Below, in pieces: positions 14,691 to 22,493 of a DNA stretch of 32,000 bases (the stretch's first letter is position 1; every line of letters begins with the position of its first letter). The translations under genes and the position numbers were made by a program. The stretch covers positions 1 to 32,000 of the forward strand of contig JBBDQS010000048.1 in NCBI GenBank assembly GCA_040905805.1, read 5' to 3'. The notes below the pieces were generated by a model. That model made no database searches. It had not been told where the DNA came from and saw nothing but the letters and a program-made list of their open reading frames with translations. Origin of the DNA: Egibacteraceae bacterium. Lineage in GTDB: Bacteria; Actinomycetota; Nitriliruptoria; Euzebyales; Egibacteraceae.

Positions 14691-16109
14691 ATGCCATCGG
14701 GGGGGAGTGGTGGGGCGGCCGAGGACTCGGCGCGTCTGGTGGATGTGGCCGACGAGGTCGCCGATGTGGTCGTGTTGGGTGGTGGGCTGGCGGGTTTGAG
14801 CCTTGCGTTGCAGCTGCGGCGGGCTGCGCCTGGGCTGTCGGTGGTGGTCGCCGAGCGTCGGGCGTATCGGCCGAGGTCGGCGGCGTTCAAGGTCGGTGAG
14901 TCGACGTCGGAGGTCGGGGCGCACTACTTCGCGAACGTGTTGGGCTTGGGTGAGTATCTGCGGGAGGCGCAGGTCCGCAAGAACGGGTTGCGCTTCTTCT
15001 TCTCTGCGGGGGGCAACCTGGACATCGCCGAGCGTGTCGAGTTCAGCACGCCGTTGCACCCGCAGATTGCGACCTACCAGCTTGACCGGGGCCTGTTGGA
15101 GAACACGTTGTGGGACCGCAACCGGGCGGAAGGCAGCGTGGTGCTGCGCGGTTGCCGGGTCGAGGACGTCGAGCTCTCGGCCGACGGGCATCGGGTCAGC
15201 CTGCTGCAGGGCGCGCCGCTTCGCGACCAACCATCTGGCCGGGCAGGGGTACTGGGTGTGGTTGATCCAGCTGGCGTCGGGGCCGATCAGCATCGGGGTG
15301 TGCGCGGACCCGCGGTTCCACCCGTTCGGGCGGATCGCGTCGCTGGAGGCGTTCGTGGACTGGTTGGGTGAGCACGAGCCGCAGTTGGCCGCGACGCTGG
15401 ACAGCCGCCGCGACGAGGTCATGGATTTCCTCACGGTCGAGGACGTCGCGTACGGCACCGGTCAGATGTACTCGCCCGACCGGTGGTGTCTGACCGGTGA
15501 GGCGGGGTTACCTGAACCCTGAACCTCTACGCCGACCAGTACGCCCTCTACGGCAACACCCAGGTCATGGTCGCCAAGCTGACCTTCGACACGCTGCTGT
15601 ACTGGTCGGTGATGTGCCAGTACTTCCTTCACGACAAGTGGGACGACCTCGAGTGGCTCCCCGCCAACATCCCCGAGGTCGACGTCGCCGCGCTGATGGC
15701 ACGCGTCCAACGGTTCTTCCGGGAGTGGCACGAGCTGGAGCCGCGTCGCTGGCGGGACGCGCTCGTCCCCGTGGCCGACTTCCTGCCGTTGCACGACCGG
15801 CAGGTCGACATGGCCACGCCGCTGGACGACGACGATGCGCTGGCGGGTCGCCTCGCCGAGGGCTTCGACGTGGTGCTGTGCCTGGTGGTGGCGCTCTTCC
15901 ACAAGGCGCTGGAGCTGTTGCCCGACCAGCACATCGACCCGGACACGCGCATTCAGCCGCTGGCCGTGGGCCTCGATCCCGGCGCGTGGGAGGCCGACGG
16001 ACTGTTCGACGACGGCGGCATCTCGCTGGCCGAGGCACTGGAGCGCCTCCCCGGCATCGAGGCGATCTGGCTCGACCGCTACGCCAAACCCGTCGAGGAC
16101 GAGGGGTGA
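14691..16109 (+). pseudogene. Flavin-dependent halogenase-like (Trp_halogenase family) gene, disrupted in at least two places
   Basis: Homology runs through three frames. Frame 0 (14691-~15218) has 'VVVLGGGLAGLS' and 'FKVGESTSEVG'. Frame 1 (~15217-15519) has 'NHLAGQGYWVWLIQL' and 'RWCLTGEAG', then TGA. Frame 0 again (15516-16109) has 'LYADQYALYGNTQVM...'. Confidence 0.65.
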
Positions 16110-16116
16110 TCATCGC

Positions 16117-16968
16117 TCAGCCCTCGACGGCGGCGTCGAGGTGGTTGAGTGCGAAGAACTCGTCGGTGACGAACAGTGCCTCCCGGATCTGCTCCCTCGT
16201 GCTGCGGCTGTGCAGGGCCGTCAGCTCCGCCCGCCCGTCGGGATAGCGCATGATCGCCTTCACGGTCGACGCGTCGACCCGCAGCTCGTTCCAGGACGGG
16301 GGCACGAGACCGCGGAGCCGCGCCGTCGCCGCAGTCGAGCAGTTGGCCACCAGCGTCCCCCCGAGCGACCAGAAGAAGGGGACGTGGCGGTGGCCGGTGA
16401 GGACGATGTCCACCTCGAGGTCGCTGATCAGGGTGAGCACGTCCCCGGCGTCGTTGACGACGCTCATCTCACGACCCGAGCCGGGGATGGGCAGGACGTG
16501 ATGGTGCAGGAGCAGGATCTTGAGATCGTCGGGCCGGTCGAACTGCTCGCGGATCCACACGTACCACTCACGGCCGATATGGCCCTCCTCGAGGTCAGGT
16601 TGCGAGGAGTCGAGCCCCACCACGGTGATGCCGGACAGGCGGAGGCGCTCGCTCCGCAGCGGTTCGAGCTCCAGCCGCCGGCGCAGGAAGCGGCCACCGA
16701 AGTGGCGGAGGAAGTGGACGTAGCCGACGTTGCGTGAATCGTGGTTGCCCGGGACCACCACCGTGGGGGCCGTCAGCTGTGCCAGCCAGGAGACCGCCTC
16801 CTCGTACTCCCATGCGTAGCCGCTGGCCGTGAGGTCGCCGGCGACGAGCACGACGTCGGGTTCACTGCTGTTGACCTGGGCGACGACGTCGGCCAGCAGC
16901 CGGGGGCGGAACGTCGGCTCGCCGCAGTGGATGCTGCCCAGGTGGGCGATCCGCACCGGCTCGATCAT
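16117..16968 (-). CDS. Metallophosphoesterase (calcineurin-like), motif-I Asp replaced by Ser
   Basis: ATG at 16968 lies inside track ORF 16117..17211, with GGAGAGGAG upstream. Motifs: 'HLGSIHCG' (expected DxH), 'VAGDLT', 'VPGNHD', 'LLLHHHV', 'TGHRHVP'. Confidence 0.85.
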   Translation of the reverse strand: MIEPVRIAHLGSIHCGEPTFRPRLLADVVAQVNSSEPDVVLVAGDLTASGYAWEYEEAVSWLAQLTAPTVVVPGNHDSRNVGYVHFLRHFGGRFLRRRLELEPLRSERLRLSGITVVGLDSSQPDLEEGHIGREWYVWIREQFDRPDDLKILLLHHHVLPIPGSGREMSVVNDAGDVLTLISDLEVDIVLTGHRHVPFFWSLGGTLVANCSTAATARLRGLVPPSWNELRVDASTVKAIMRYPDGRAELTALHSRSTREQIREALFVTDEFFALNHLDAAVEG

Positions 16969-16994
16969 TGTGGGCTCCTCTCCCGCACCCGGCG

Positions 16995-17840
16995 TCAGGC
17001 GACCGGATTGGACACGCGGAACGCCTCCGTGAGGTAGAACGCCTCGCGGATCAGCTCCCGGGTGGTGCGGCTGCGGATCACCGACAGGCTGCGATGCCCG
17101 GTCTCGTAGTGCATGAACACCTTGATCGTCGACGCGTCCACCTGGATCTCGTTCCACGACGGTGGGGTCAGCCCGCGCAGCCGGCGGGTCGCCGCCGTCC
17201 CGGAGTTGCACACCAGGAGCCCGTTGAGCGCCCAGAAGAACGGGACGTGCTTGTGGCCGGACAGGACGAGGTCGACGCCGAGGTCCGTGAGCAGCTCCAG
17301 CAGCTCGCCGGCATCGGCGATCGTGTTGCGCTCACGCCCGGTGCCGGGGATCGACACCAGATGGTGGTGCAGGACGAACACCTTGAGGTCGTCGGCGTGA
17401 TGGAACTGGTCGCGTATCCAGTCGTAATGCGGGGCGCCGACCTCTCCCTGGTTGACGTCGGCCTGGGACGAGTCCACGGCGACGACCGTGAGGCCGCCGG
17501 CCCGGATGCGCTCCGCTCGCTCCGGCGACAGCGGCAGCCGCAGGGCGCTGAACCGCGCGCCGAAGTGCCGTTCGAAGTGCACGTTGCCGAGGTTGCGCGC
17601 GTCGTGGTTGCCGGGCACGACGACGACCGGCGCCTCCAAGCGACCGATCCATCCGGCGGCCTCCGCGAACTCCTCGCCGTAGCCGGCGGCCGTGAGGTCA
17701 CCCACCACGGCGACGGCGTCTGGGCGCAGGGCGTTGATCCGCTCCACGGCCTGCTCCAACAGGGAGGCTTCGAACGTCGGGGTGCCGCAGTGGATATCGC
17801 CAAGCTGAGCTATGCGCAGTGGATGGTCGGTCACTGCCAT
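16995..17840 (-). CDS. Metallophosphoesterase (calcineurin-like), all five motifs intact; candidate class-III-type phosphodiesterase
   Basis: ATG at 17840 lies inside track ORF 16995..18407. Motifs: 'LGDIHCG', 'VVGDLT', 'VPGNHD', 'FVLHHHL', 'SGHKHVP'. It is collinear with the 16117-16968 product, with roughly half the residues identical by eye. Confidence 0.85.
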   Translation of the reverse strand: MAVTDHPLRIAQLGDIHCGTPTFEASLLEQAVERINALRPDAVAVVGDLTAAGYGEEFAEAAGWIGRLEAPVVVVPGNHDARNLGNVHFERHFGARFSALRLPLSPERAERIRAGGLTVVAVDSSQADVNQGEVGAPHYDWIRDQFHHADDLKVFVLHHHLVSIPGTGRERNTIADAGELLELLTDLGVDLVLSGHKHVPFFWALNGLLVCNSGTAATRRLRGLTPPSWNEIQVDASTIKVFMHYETGHRSLSVIRSRTTRELIREAFYLTEAFRVSNPVA

Positions 17841-17924
17841 GTGGCCCTGCCCGCGCGCTCCGTCGGTGTGGGGCATGCACCCCGGATGATCCCGTATTCT
17901 CGCACCGAGAGGGAGGTGGAGGCC

Positions 17925-18383
17925 GTGGTGCGTCGTATCACGCACAGTCTGGTCAAGGCGCTCCGTCAGGTCCGGGAGTTCGCGGGGCTGTCGGATGCCG
18001 CTCTCCTCGAGGTCGTCGGGGCATCGGTGAACCTCTTCTTCCCGGCTGGTGCGGTGGTCTTCCGCAAGGGCGCCACATCCGATGGCCTGTACGTCGTCCT
18101 GTCCGGGCGGGTGATCGTCGCCGACGAGCCCGGTGGGCCGGAGGTTGCCCAGATCGGCCCGGGAGACTACTTCGGTGAGCAGTCCCTCCTCCTGGAGACC
18201 ACGCGGTCGCACAGCGTCGCGGCTGTGCAGGACGCTGAGATCCTCGTGCTGCCGGCGAGCTCGTTCCAGCGGCTGCTCGAGGGCAACCCGGTCCTGGCGG
18301 GCCAGGTCGAGGACAAGCTCCGAGCCCGCCTTGCGGCCACGGACGGTCCGGGCAGCGCGGGACAGGGTCCTGCAGCCGGATGA
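17925..18383 (+). CDS. Stand-alone cyclic-nucleotide-binding (CNB) domain protein, no DNA-binding domain
   Basis: This is the 3' third of track ORF 16968..18383. 'FPAGAVVFRKGATSDGLYVVLSGRV...IGPGDYFGEQSLLLETTRSHSVAAV' has the CNB beta-roll and phosphate-binding cassette. GGGAGGTGGAGG precedes GTG 17925; ATG 17886 is an alternative start. Confidence 0.8.
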   Translation: MVRRITHSLVKALRQVREFAGLSDAALLEVVGASVNLFFPAGAVVFRKGATSDGLYVVLSGRVIVADEPGGPEVAQIGPGDYFGEQSLLLETTRSHSVAAVQDAEILVLPASSFQRLLEGNPVLAGQVEDKLRARLAATDGPGSAGQGPAAG

Positions 18384-18410
18384 CCGCCGGTGGGGAGTCC
18401 TGCCCACGCC

Positions 18411-18929
18411 CTAGTCCCGCAGGTACCCGTACCGGCCCCGGTGGAAGATCAAGGGCCGGGGCGCATCCGCATCGGCGCCGATGGCGAGCACCTCACCGAC
18501 GAAGATCTCATGGTCTCCGCCCGGATGCTGGTCCGCCACCCTGCAGTCCATGAACGCGGCCACCCCATCGATGACCGGCGAGCCTGTGACCACCTCGCGG
18601 TGGGGGATCCCGCGGAAGGCGGCGGTGCCCCTGGGGCGATCACGAGACGCGAAGTAGTTGGACAGGACCTCCTGCTCGGCGGTCAGGATGTTGACCGCGA
18701 ACACCCCATTGCGCTCGAGAGCCTCGCTGCCCTGCGTGCCGCTGATGACGCACACGAGGATGAGGGGCGGGTCGAGGGACAGCGACGAGAAGGCATTGGC
18801 GGTCATCCCGTACGGCTCGTCCTGACCCTGCGTGGTGATGACCGTCACGCCGGTTGCGAAGGCCCCCATGACCGCCCGGAACTCCTTGACGCCGAAGGGC
18901 TCCACGGCCAGCTGCTGCAGCCTCTGCAT
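18411..18929 (-). CDS. NAD(P)H-flavin reductase (flavin_reduct domain, HpaC-like)
   Basis: 'FRAVMGAFATGVTVITT...PYGMTANAFSSLSLDPPLILVCV' and 'GDHEIFVGEVL' are typical of small flavin reductase components. The ATG shares one base with the upstream stop (TGATG at 18927-18931). Confidence 0.85.
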   Translation of the reverse strand: MQRLQQLAVEPFGVKEFRAVMGAFATGVTVITTQGQDEPYGMTANAFSSLSLDPPLILVCVISGTQGSEALERNGVFAVNILTAEQEVLSNYFASRDRPRGTAAFRGIPHREVVTGSPVIDGVAAFMDCRVADQHPGGDHEIFVGEVLAIGADADAPRPLIFHRGRYGYLRD

Positions 18930-19819
18930 CAGGCATCTGCCCCAGCGTGCGACGGCCCCCCGCCGAGCTCCCCGAGGCGGCGCTGGATGACGTCGTCGAG
19001 GTTTTGCGTGGTGGACAGCGACTGGGCGACCAGCGACCGGAATGCCTCCCGCGGCATCGCCAAGAGCGTCGTTGGGGCCACTGCCCGAACCGTGGCGGTG
19101 CGGGGGATGTCGCGCAGGATCGCCACCTCGCCGAAGAACTGCCCCGGCCCGAGGGTGGCCACCGTCTGTTGCGAACCGCCGTTCTCGCGGACGACCTCGA
19201 CCTCGCCTTCGACGATGATGAAGAACTTGTCGGCCGGCCCCCCCTGCCGGACGATGACCTCCCCGGACTCCACCTGCACGGTCTGCAGCCGGGCCTGGAG
19301 GCCGGCGATCTCGGCCGGCGGCAGGTCCCGGAGGACGTTGAAGACCTCGGTGCGCTGGAACACCGACCCGAGACCCCTCGCGTTCTCCGGCGCCGCGCTC
19401 GTGTTGTCGATGAACTGCACCCGGGTGGGCGCGATGCGGAAGAACGCGATGTGGCTGTTCTCGGTCCCCGCCACCTCGGGGAACTTCACGCCGAACCGCT
19501 GCACGGCGTGCTCGATCTGCGCGGCGTCGAGGATCTGGCGGGCCTCGCCCTCGCCCTGGATGCCCTTGGTCTGCGTCCAGTCAGCGGTGTACTGGTCGAC
19601 CGTGAAGGACACGGCCGGGTTCTGGTCGATGTGCTGGGCGGTGACGGAGTCCGGCCGGGTCCACACGTACAGCGTCAACCCGTCGCTCGCGTACAGCAGC
19701 GTCGCGGCGTGCGGCAGACCGCCCGACGATGCCGTGGCCAGGGTCAAGGTCTGCTGGGACTCCAGGTATGCCAGCGCCTTGGGCGAGACCTCGGGTGCGG
19801 CATCCTCCGGATCGGTCAT
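18929..19819 (-). CDS. Fusion protein: PNPOx-like FMN-binding split-barrel domain + C-terminal cNMP-binding domain
   Basis: The N-terminal half has 'TLTLATASSGGLPHAATLLYASDGLTLYVWTRPDSVTAQHIDQNPAVSFTV' (pyridoxamine-5'-phosphate-oxidase-like). The C-terminal half has 'VESGEVIVRQGGPADKFFIIVEGEV...LGPGQFFGEVAILRDIPRTATVRA' (CNB). GGAGGGGG lies upstream of the ATG at 19819. Confidence 0.8.
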   Translation of the reverse strand: MTDPEDAAPEVSPKALAYLESQQTLTLATASSGGLPHAATLLYASDGLTLYVWTRPDSVTAQHIDQNPAVSFTVDQYTADWTQTKGIQGEGEARQILDAAQIEHAVQRFGVKFPEVAGTENSHIAFFRIAPTRVQFIDNTSAAPENARGLGSVFQRTEVFNVLRDLPPAEIAGLQARLQTVQVESGEVIVRQGGPADKFFIIVEGEVEVVRENGGSQQTVATLGPGQFFGEVAILRDIPRTATVRAVAPTTLLAMPREAFRSLVAQSLSTTQNLDDVIQRRLGELGGGPSHAGADA

Positions 19820-19865
19820 GGCGTCCCCCTCCAGGAGCGTCGTGCTCGTACCCTATCGCAGCACC

Positions 19866-22343
19866 TCAGATGGCCGTACGGCGCCGCAGCACCAGCCAGG
19901 TGATGGCGGTGAAGGCCACGATGAAGGCACCCATGATGAGCCAGTTCTGCCAGATGGCGCGGGAGAAGCTGTCGCTGTACTGCAGCGCCAACGCCGCTCC
20001 CACGGGGTTCTGGGACTCCTCGAAGAGGTCGAGGAGGTTGGCTGCCCTGCCGAGAGCCTCGAACCCCCACCGCAGTGCGATGATATTGGAGAGCTCGCGA
20101 CCGACGGTGTTCATCTCGGACACCGCGACGATCGCTCCCGACAGCAGCACCTGCGGCAGGATCCACGCCGACAGCAGGTCGGTCGCCACCTGCGACGTGG
20201 GCGCGATGGCCGACGTAAACAGCGAGAAGGCCAGTCCGACCAGGGCGATGACGAAGAGCGTGATCATCAGGGGGGCGTACACGTTCAAGCCCTCGTCGGG
20301 CAGGCGGTCGGTCACCCACATCATCGCCACCATGACCGTGACCGCCAGGGCGAGCACGGGCGCGAGGAACGTGGTCTTCGACAAGAGGTAGGGGAAGACG
20401 GCGAGATTCACCAGCCGCTCTCGTCGGAAGATGGCGAACTCCTTCACGATCTCCTGCACGCCGTACAGCAGGCCGAAGAGGAAGGCGGTCATCGACAGGA
20501 AGAAGAGCAGCTGGAACGCCGACGTGGGGTTGTTGGGCCCCGGTTCGAAGAGGTCCGTGCGGAACAGCGCGATCAGCAGGGCGGCGAAGATCACCGGCTG
20601 GGCGAAGAGCGGGATCATCCGGGGTGGGTTGCGCACGTACAGCTCGGCGGTGCGACGGCTCAGCACGGCGAACTGGCGGACCCACAAGCCCAAGCCGCGA
20701 GCGGGCCGCGCGATCGAGGCCCCCGCCGCGGCCTGCGCGGGCGTCGAATCGGCCGGTCGCTGTTGGTCGGCCTTCATCGCACGGTACTCGGGGGATTCCC
20801 GGAAGCGCGCCGCCCACTCCTCCGGCGTGCCCTCGTTCTCCAGCTTCACGTAGATCTCGTCGAAGACCTCCACGCCGAAGTACTCCAACGCCCGCTTGGG
20901 GGGACCGGCGAATGCCAGGTGGCCGCCGCCTGCGAGGAACACGATCTTGTCGCACAGGCCGACGTTGCTCGTCGCGTGCGTGGTGAGGAGCACGGTGCTG
21001 CCCGCTCGTGCCAGGTCGCGCATCAGCGTCATCATCGAGGCGTCGGTGGCGGGGTCCAGACCTGAAGTGGGCTCGTCGAGGTAGAAGACCCGGGGTCGGG
21101 TCAACAGCTCCACCCCGATGCTGGCCCGCTTGCGCTGCCCGCCGCTCAGCTTGTCGACGCGAAGACCGGCCTGCTCGGTCAGCGAGAGCTCTTCCAGAGC
21201 CCGGTCGACGGCTTTGCCCCGCTCCTCGGGCGTGGTGTCGCCCGGCAGGCGCAGACGCGCGGCGAAGTCCAGCGTGACCCGCAGGGGTAGCTCGGTGTGG
21301 ATGATGTCGTCCTGCGGCACGTACCCGAGCGTCGTGCGGTACAGGGCCCGCTGCGCGTAGTAGTCGCCGCCGTTGTACAGCACCTGCCCGCCGGTGGCGG
21401 GGCGCACGCCCGAGAGGGCGTCCATGAGGGTGCTCTTTCCCGCCCCGCTGCCACCGACGATCGCCACGAGCTCGCCGGGCAGCACCGTCAGCGAGACATT
21501 CTGGAGGAGGTTCTTGCCCTTCGTGACCACCTTGCGCAGCCCGGACGCGTCGATGCGGATCCCGCGTGGTTCCGTGACCCGTTGCAGCTCGCGCCGGTCG
21601 AACAGCAGACGCTGGTCCGCCAACCAGATCTGGTCCCCGTCCTTGAGCTCGGCACGTCGGACCTCCGCGCCGTTCAGGAAGGTGCCGTTCGCGCTGCCGA
21701 GGTCGGCCAGCTCGTAGCTGTCGCCGAAGCGGCGCACCACCGCGTGACGGGCCGACACGACGGTGGAGTCCAGCACGACGTCGTTGTCAGGATGGCGCCC
21801 GATCCGCAGCTCCTGGCGATCCGCGAGCATGGCCGCGAGGTTCAGGTGCTCGATCGCGTACTCCTGCGAGGTGCGGCTCCGAAGCTCGGCCGCCTGCTGG
21901 ACGGCTTCCGCGAGCGCAGGTTGCTGCTCCAGCAGCTGCCGGAAGTCGTTCGCGCCGATCATCCACAGCCGAGCAGCAGTCTCCGCACGCACCGTGGCGC
22001 TGCGGGGCTGGCCGCTGGTCAGGGACATCTCGCCGAAGAACTCCCGGGGCCCCAAGCGAGCGATCGTCTTCGGTGGATCGCCGGAGCCGGCCTGGACCAG
22101 GAGCGTCCCGAGCTCGATCAGGTAGGCCGCGTCGCCGGCGTCACCCTCGCGGACCACGACGTCTCCTGCCGCGACGTCAACGGGCCGCAGCAGCTTCGCG
22201 ACGTCGGGCAGCGACAGGGGGGACAGCAGCTGGAAGATGCCGATCCTGCTCAGCATGTCGATGCGACGGCTGTCGCTTGCCGCCGCCCTGGTCGGGATGG
22301 AAGTCGTGGCGTGGAATGGTGGTTTGTGTTCCTGCCCGACCAT
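19866..22343 (-). CDS. ABC half-transporter (NBD + ABC-2-type TMD) with an N-terminal cNMP-binding + FHA module
   Basis: ATG 22343 has GGAGG 6 nt upstream; the track uses TTG 22349. CNB: 'FFGEMSLTSGQPRSATVRA'. FHA: 'RIGRHPDNDVVLDSTVVSARHAVV...LGSANGTFLNG'. Walker A 'GGSGAGKST', signature 'LSGGQRKR', Walker B 'VFYLDEPTSGLD', followed by about 6 TM helices. Confidence 0.9.
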   Translation of the reverse strand: MVGQEHKPPFHATTSIPTRAAASDSRRIDMLSRIGIFQLLSPLSLPDVAKLLRPVDVAAGDVVVREGDAGDAAYLIELGTLLVQAGSGDPPKTIARLGPREFFGEMSLTSGQPRSATVRAETAARLWMIGANDFRQLLEQQPALAEAVQQAAELRSRTSQEYAIEHLNLAAMLADRQELRIGRHPDNDVVLDSTVVSARHAVVRRFGDSYELADLGSANGTFLNGAEVRRAELKDGDQIWLADQRLLFDRRELQRVTEPRGIRIDASGLRKVVTKGKNLLQNVSLTVLPGELVAIVGGSGAGKSTLMDALSGVRPATGGQVLYNGGDYYAQRALYRTTLGYVPQDDIIHTELPLRVTLDFAARLRLPGDTTPEERGKAVDRALEELSLTEQAGLRVDKLSGGQRKRASIGVELLTRPRVFYLDEPTSGLDPATDASMMTLMRDLARAGSTVLLTTHATSNVGLCDKIVFLAGGGHLAFAGPPKRALEYFGVEVFDEIYVKLENEGTPEEWAARFRESPEYRAMKADQQRPADSTPAQAAAGASIARPARGLGLWVRQFAVLSRRTAELYVRNPPRMIPLFAQPVIFAALLIALFRTDLFEPGPNNPTSAFQLLFFLSMTAFLFGLLYGVQEIVKEFAIFRRERLVNLAVFPYLLSKTTFLAPVLALAVTVMVAMMWVTDRLPDEGLNVYAPLMITLFVIALVGLAFSLFTSAIAPTSQVATDLLSAWILPQVLLSGAIVAVSEMNTVGRELSNIIALRWGFEALGRAANLLDLFEESQNPVGAALALQYSDSFSRAIWQNWLIMGAFIVAFTAITWLVLRRRTAI
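21597..22256 (-). repeat. Copy A of a ~0.66-kb dispersed direct repeat encoding the CNB+FHA module (in the ABC gene)
   Basis: It is collinear at DNA level with 25329-25994. For example, 21611-21654 'gctggtccgccaaccagatctggtccccgtccttgagctcggca' matches 25342-25385 'gctggtccgccagccggatctggtcaccgtccttgagctcggcc'. Confidence 0.7.
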
Positions 22344-22493
22344 GCTCAACCTCCATCAAACGACCCTGATGGCGGACCTCCGTTTGCGGACAGGAACCGC
22401 CCTGAGTTCCCCGACAGGCTTGCCCCGCGTGCAGGTCGGATCGTAGCGCCTCGGAGCCGTCAGGCACAGGTCTGATCCGTTCCTATCCGTGCG

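Noticed and set aside
17867-17880. CRP-like half-sites TGTG-N7-CAC (tgtggggcatgcac) in the divergent region between the phosphoesterase and the CNB gene.
   Set aside because: The spacing is one base short of the TGTGA-N6-TCACA geometry and the outer bases do not match. No CRP-type (CNB+HTH) regulator is encoded in the window.
18389-18408. Short hairpin (GTGGG-N8-CCCAC) in the 27-nt gap between the convergent CNB and flavin reductase genes, as a possible bidirectional terminator.
   Set aside because: The stem is only 5 bp and there is no T/A-run on either side. That is too weak to call.
16117-19819. Reading the CNB proteins plus phosphoesterases as a cyclic-nucleotide phage-defence system (Pycsar/CBASS-like).
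   Set aside because: There is no cyclase or CD-NTase, and no TIR, patatin or nuclease effector. The TM proteins carrying CNB domains are full-size ABC and MMPL exporters rather than small pore-forming effectors. A metabolic or export-control role fits better, though this is inference.
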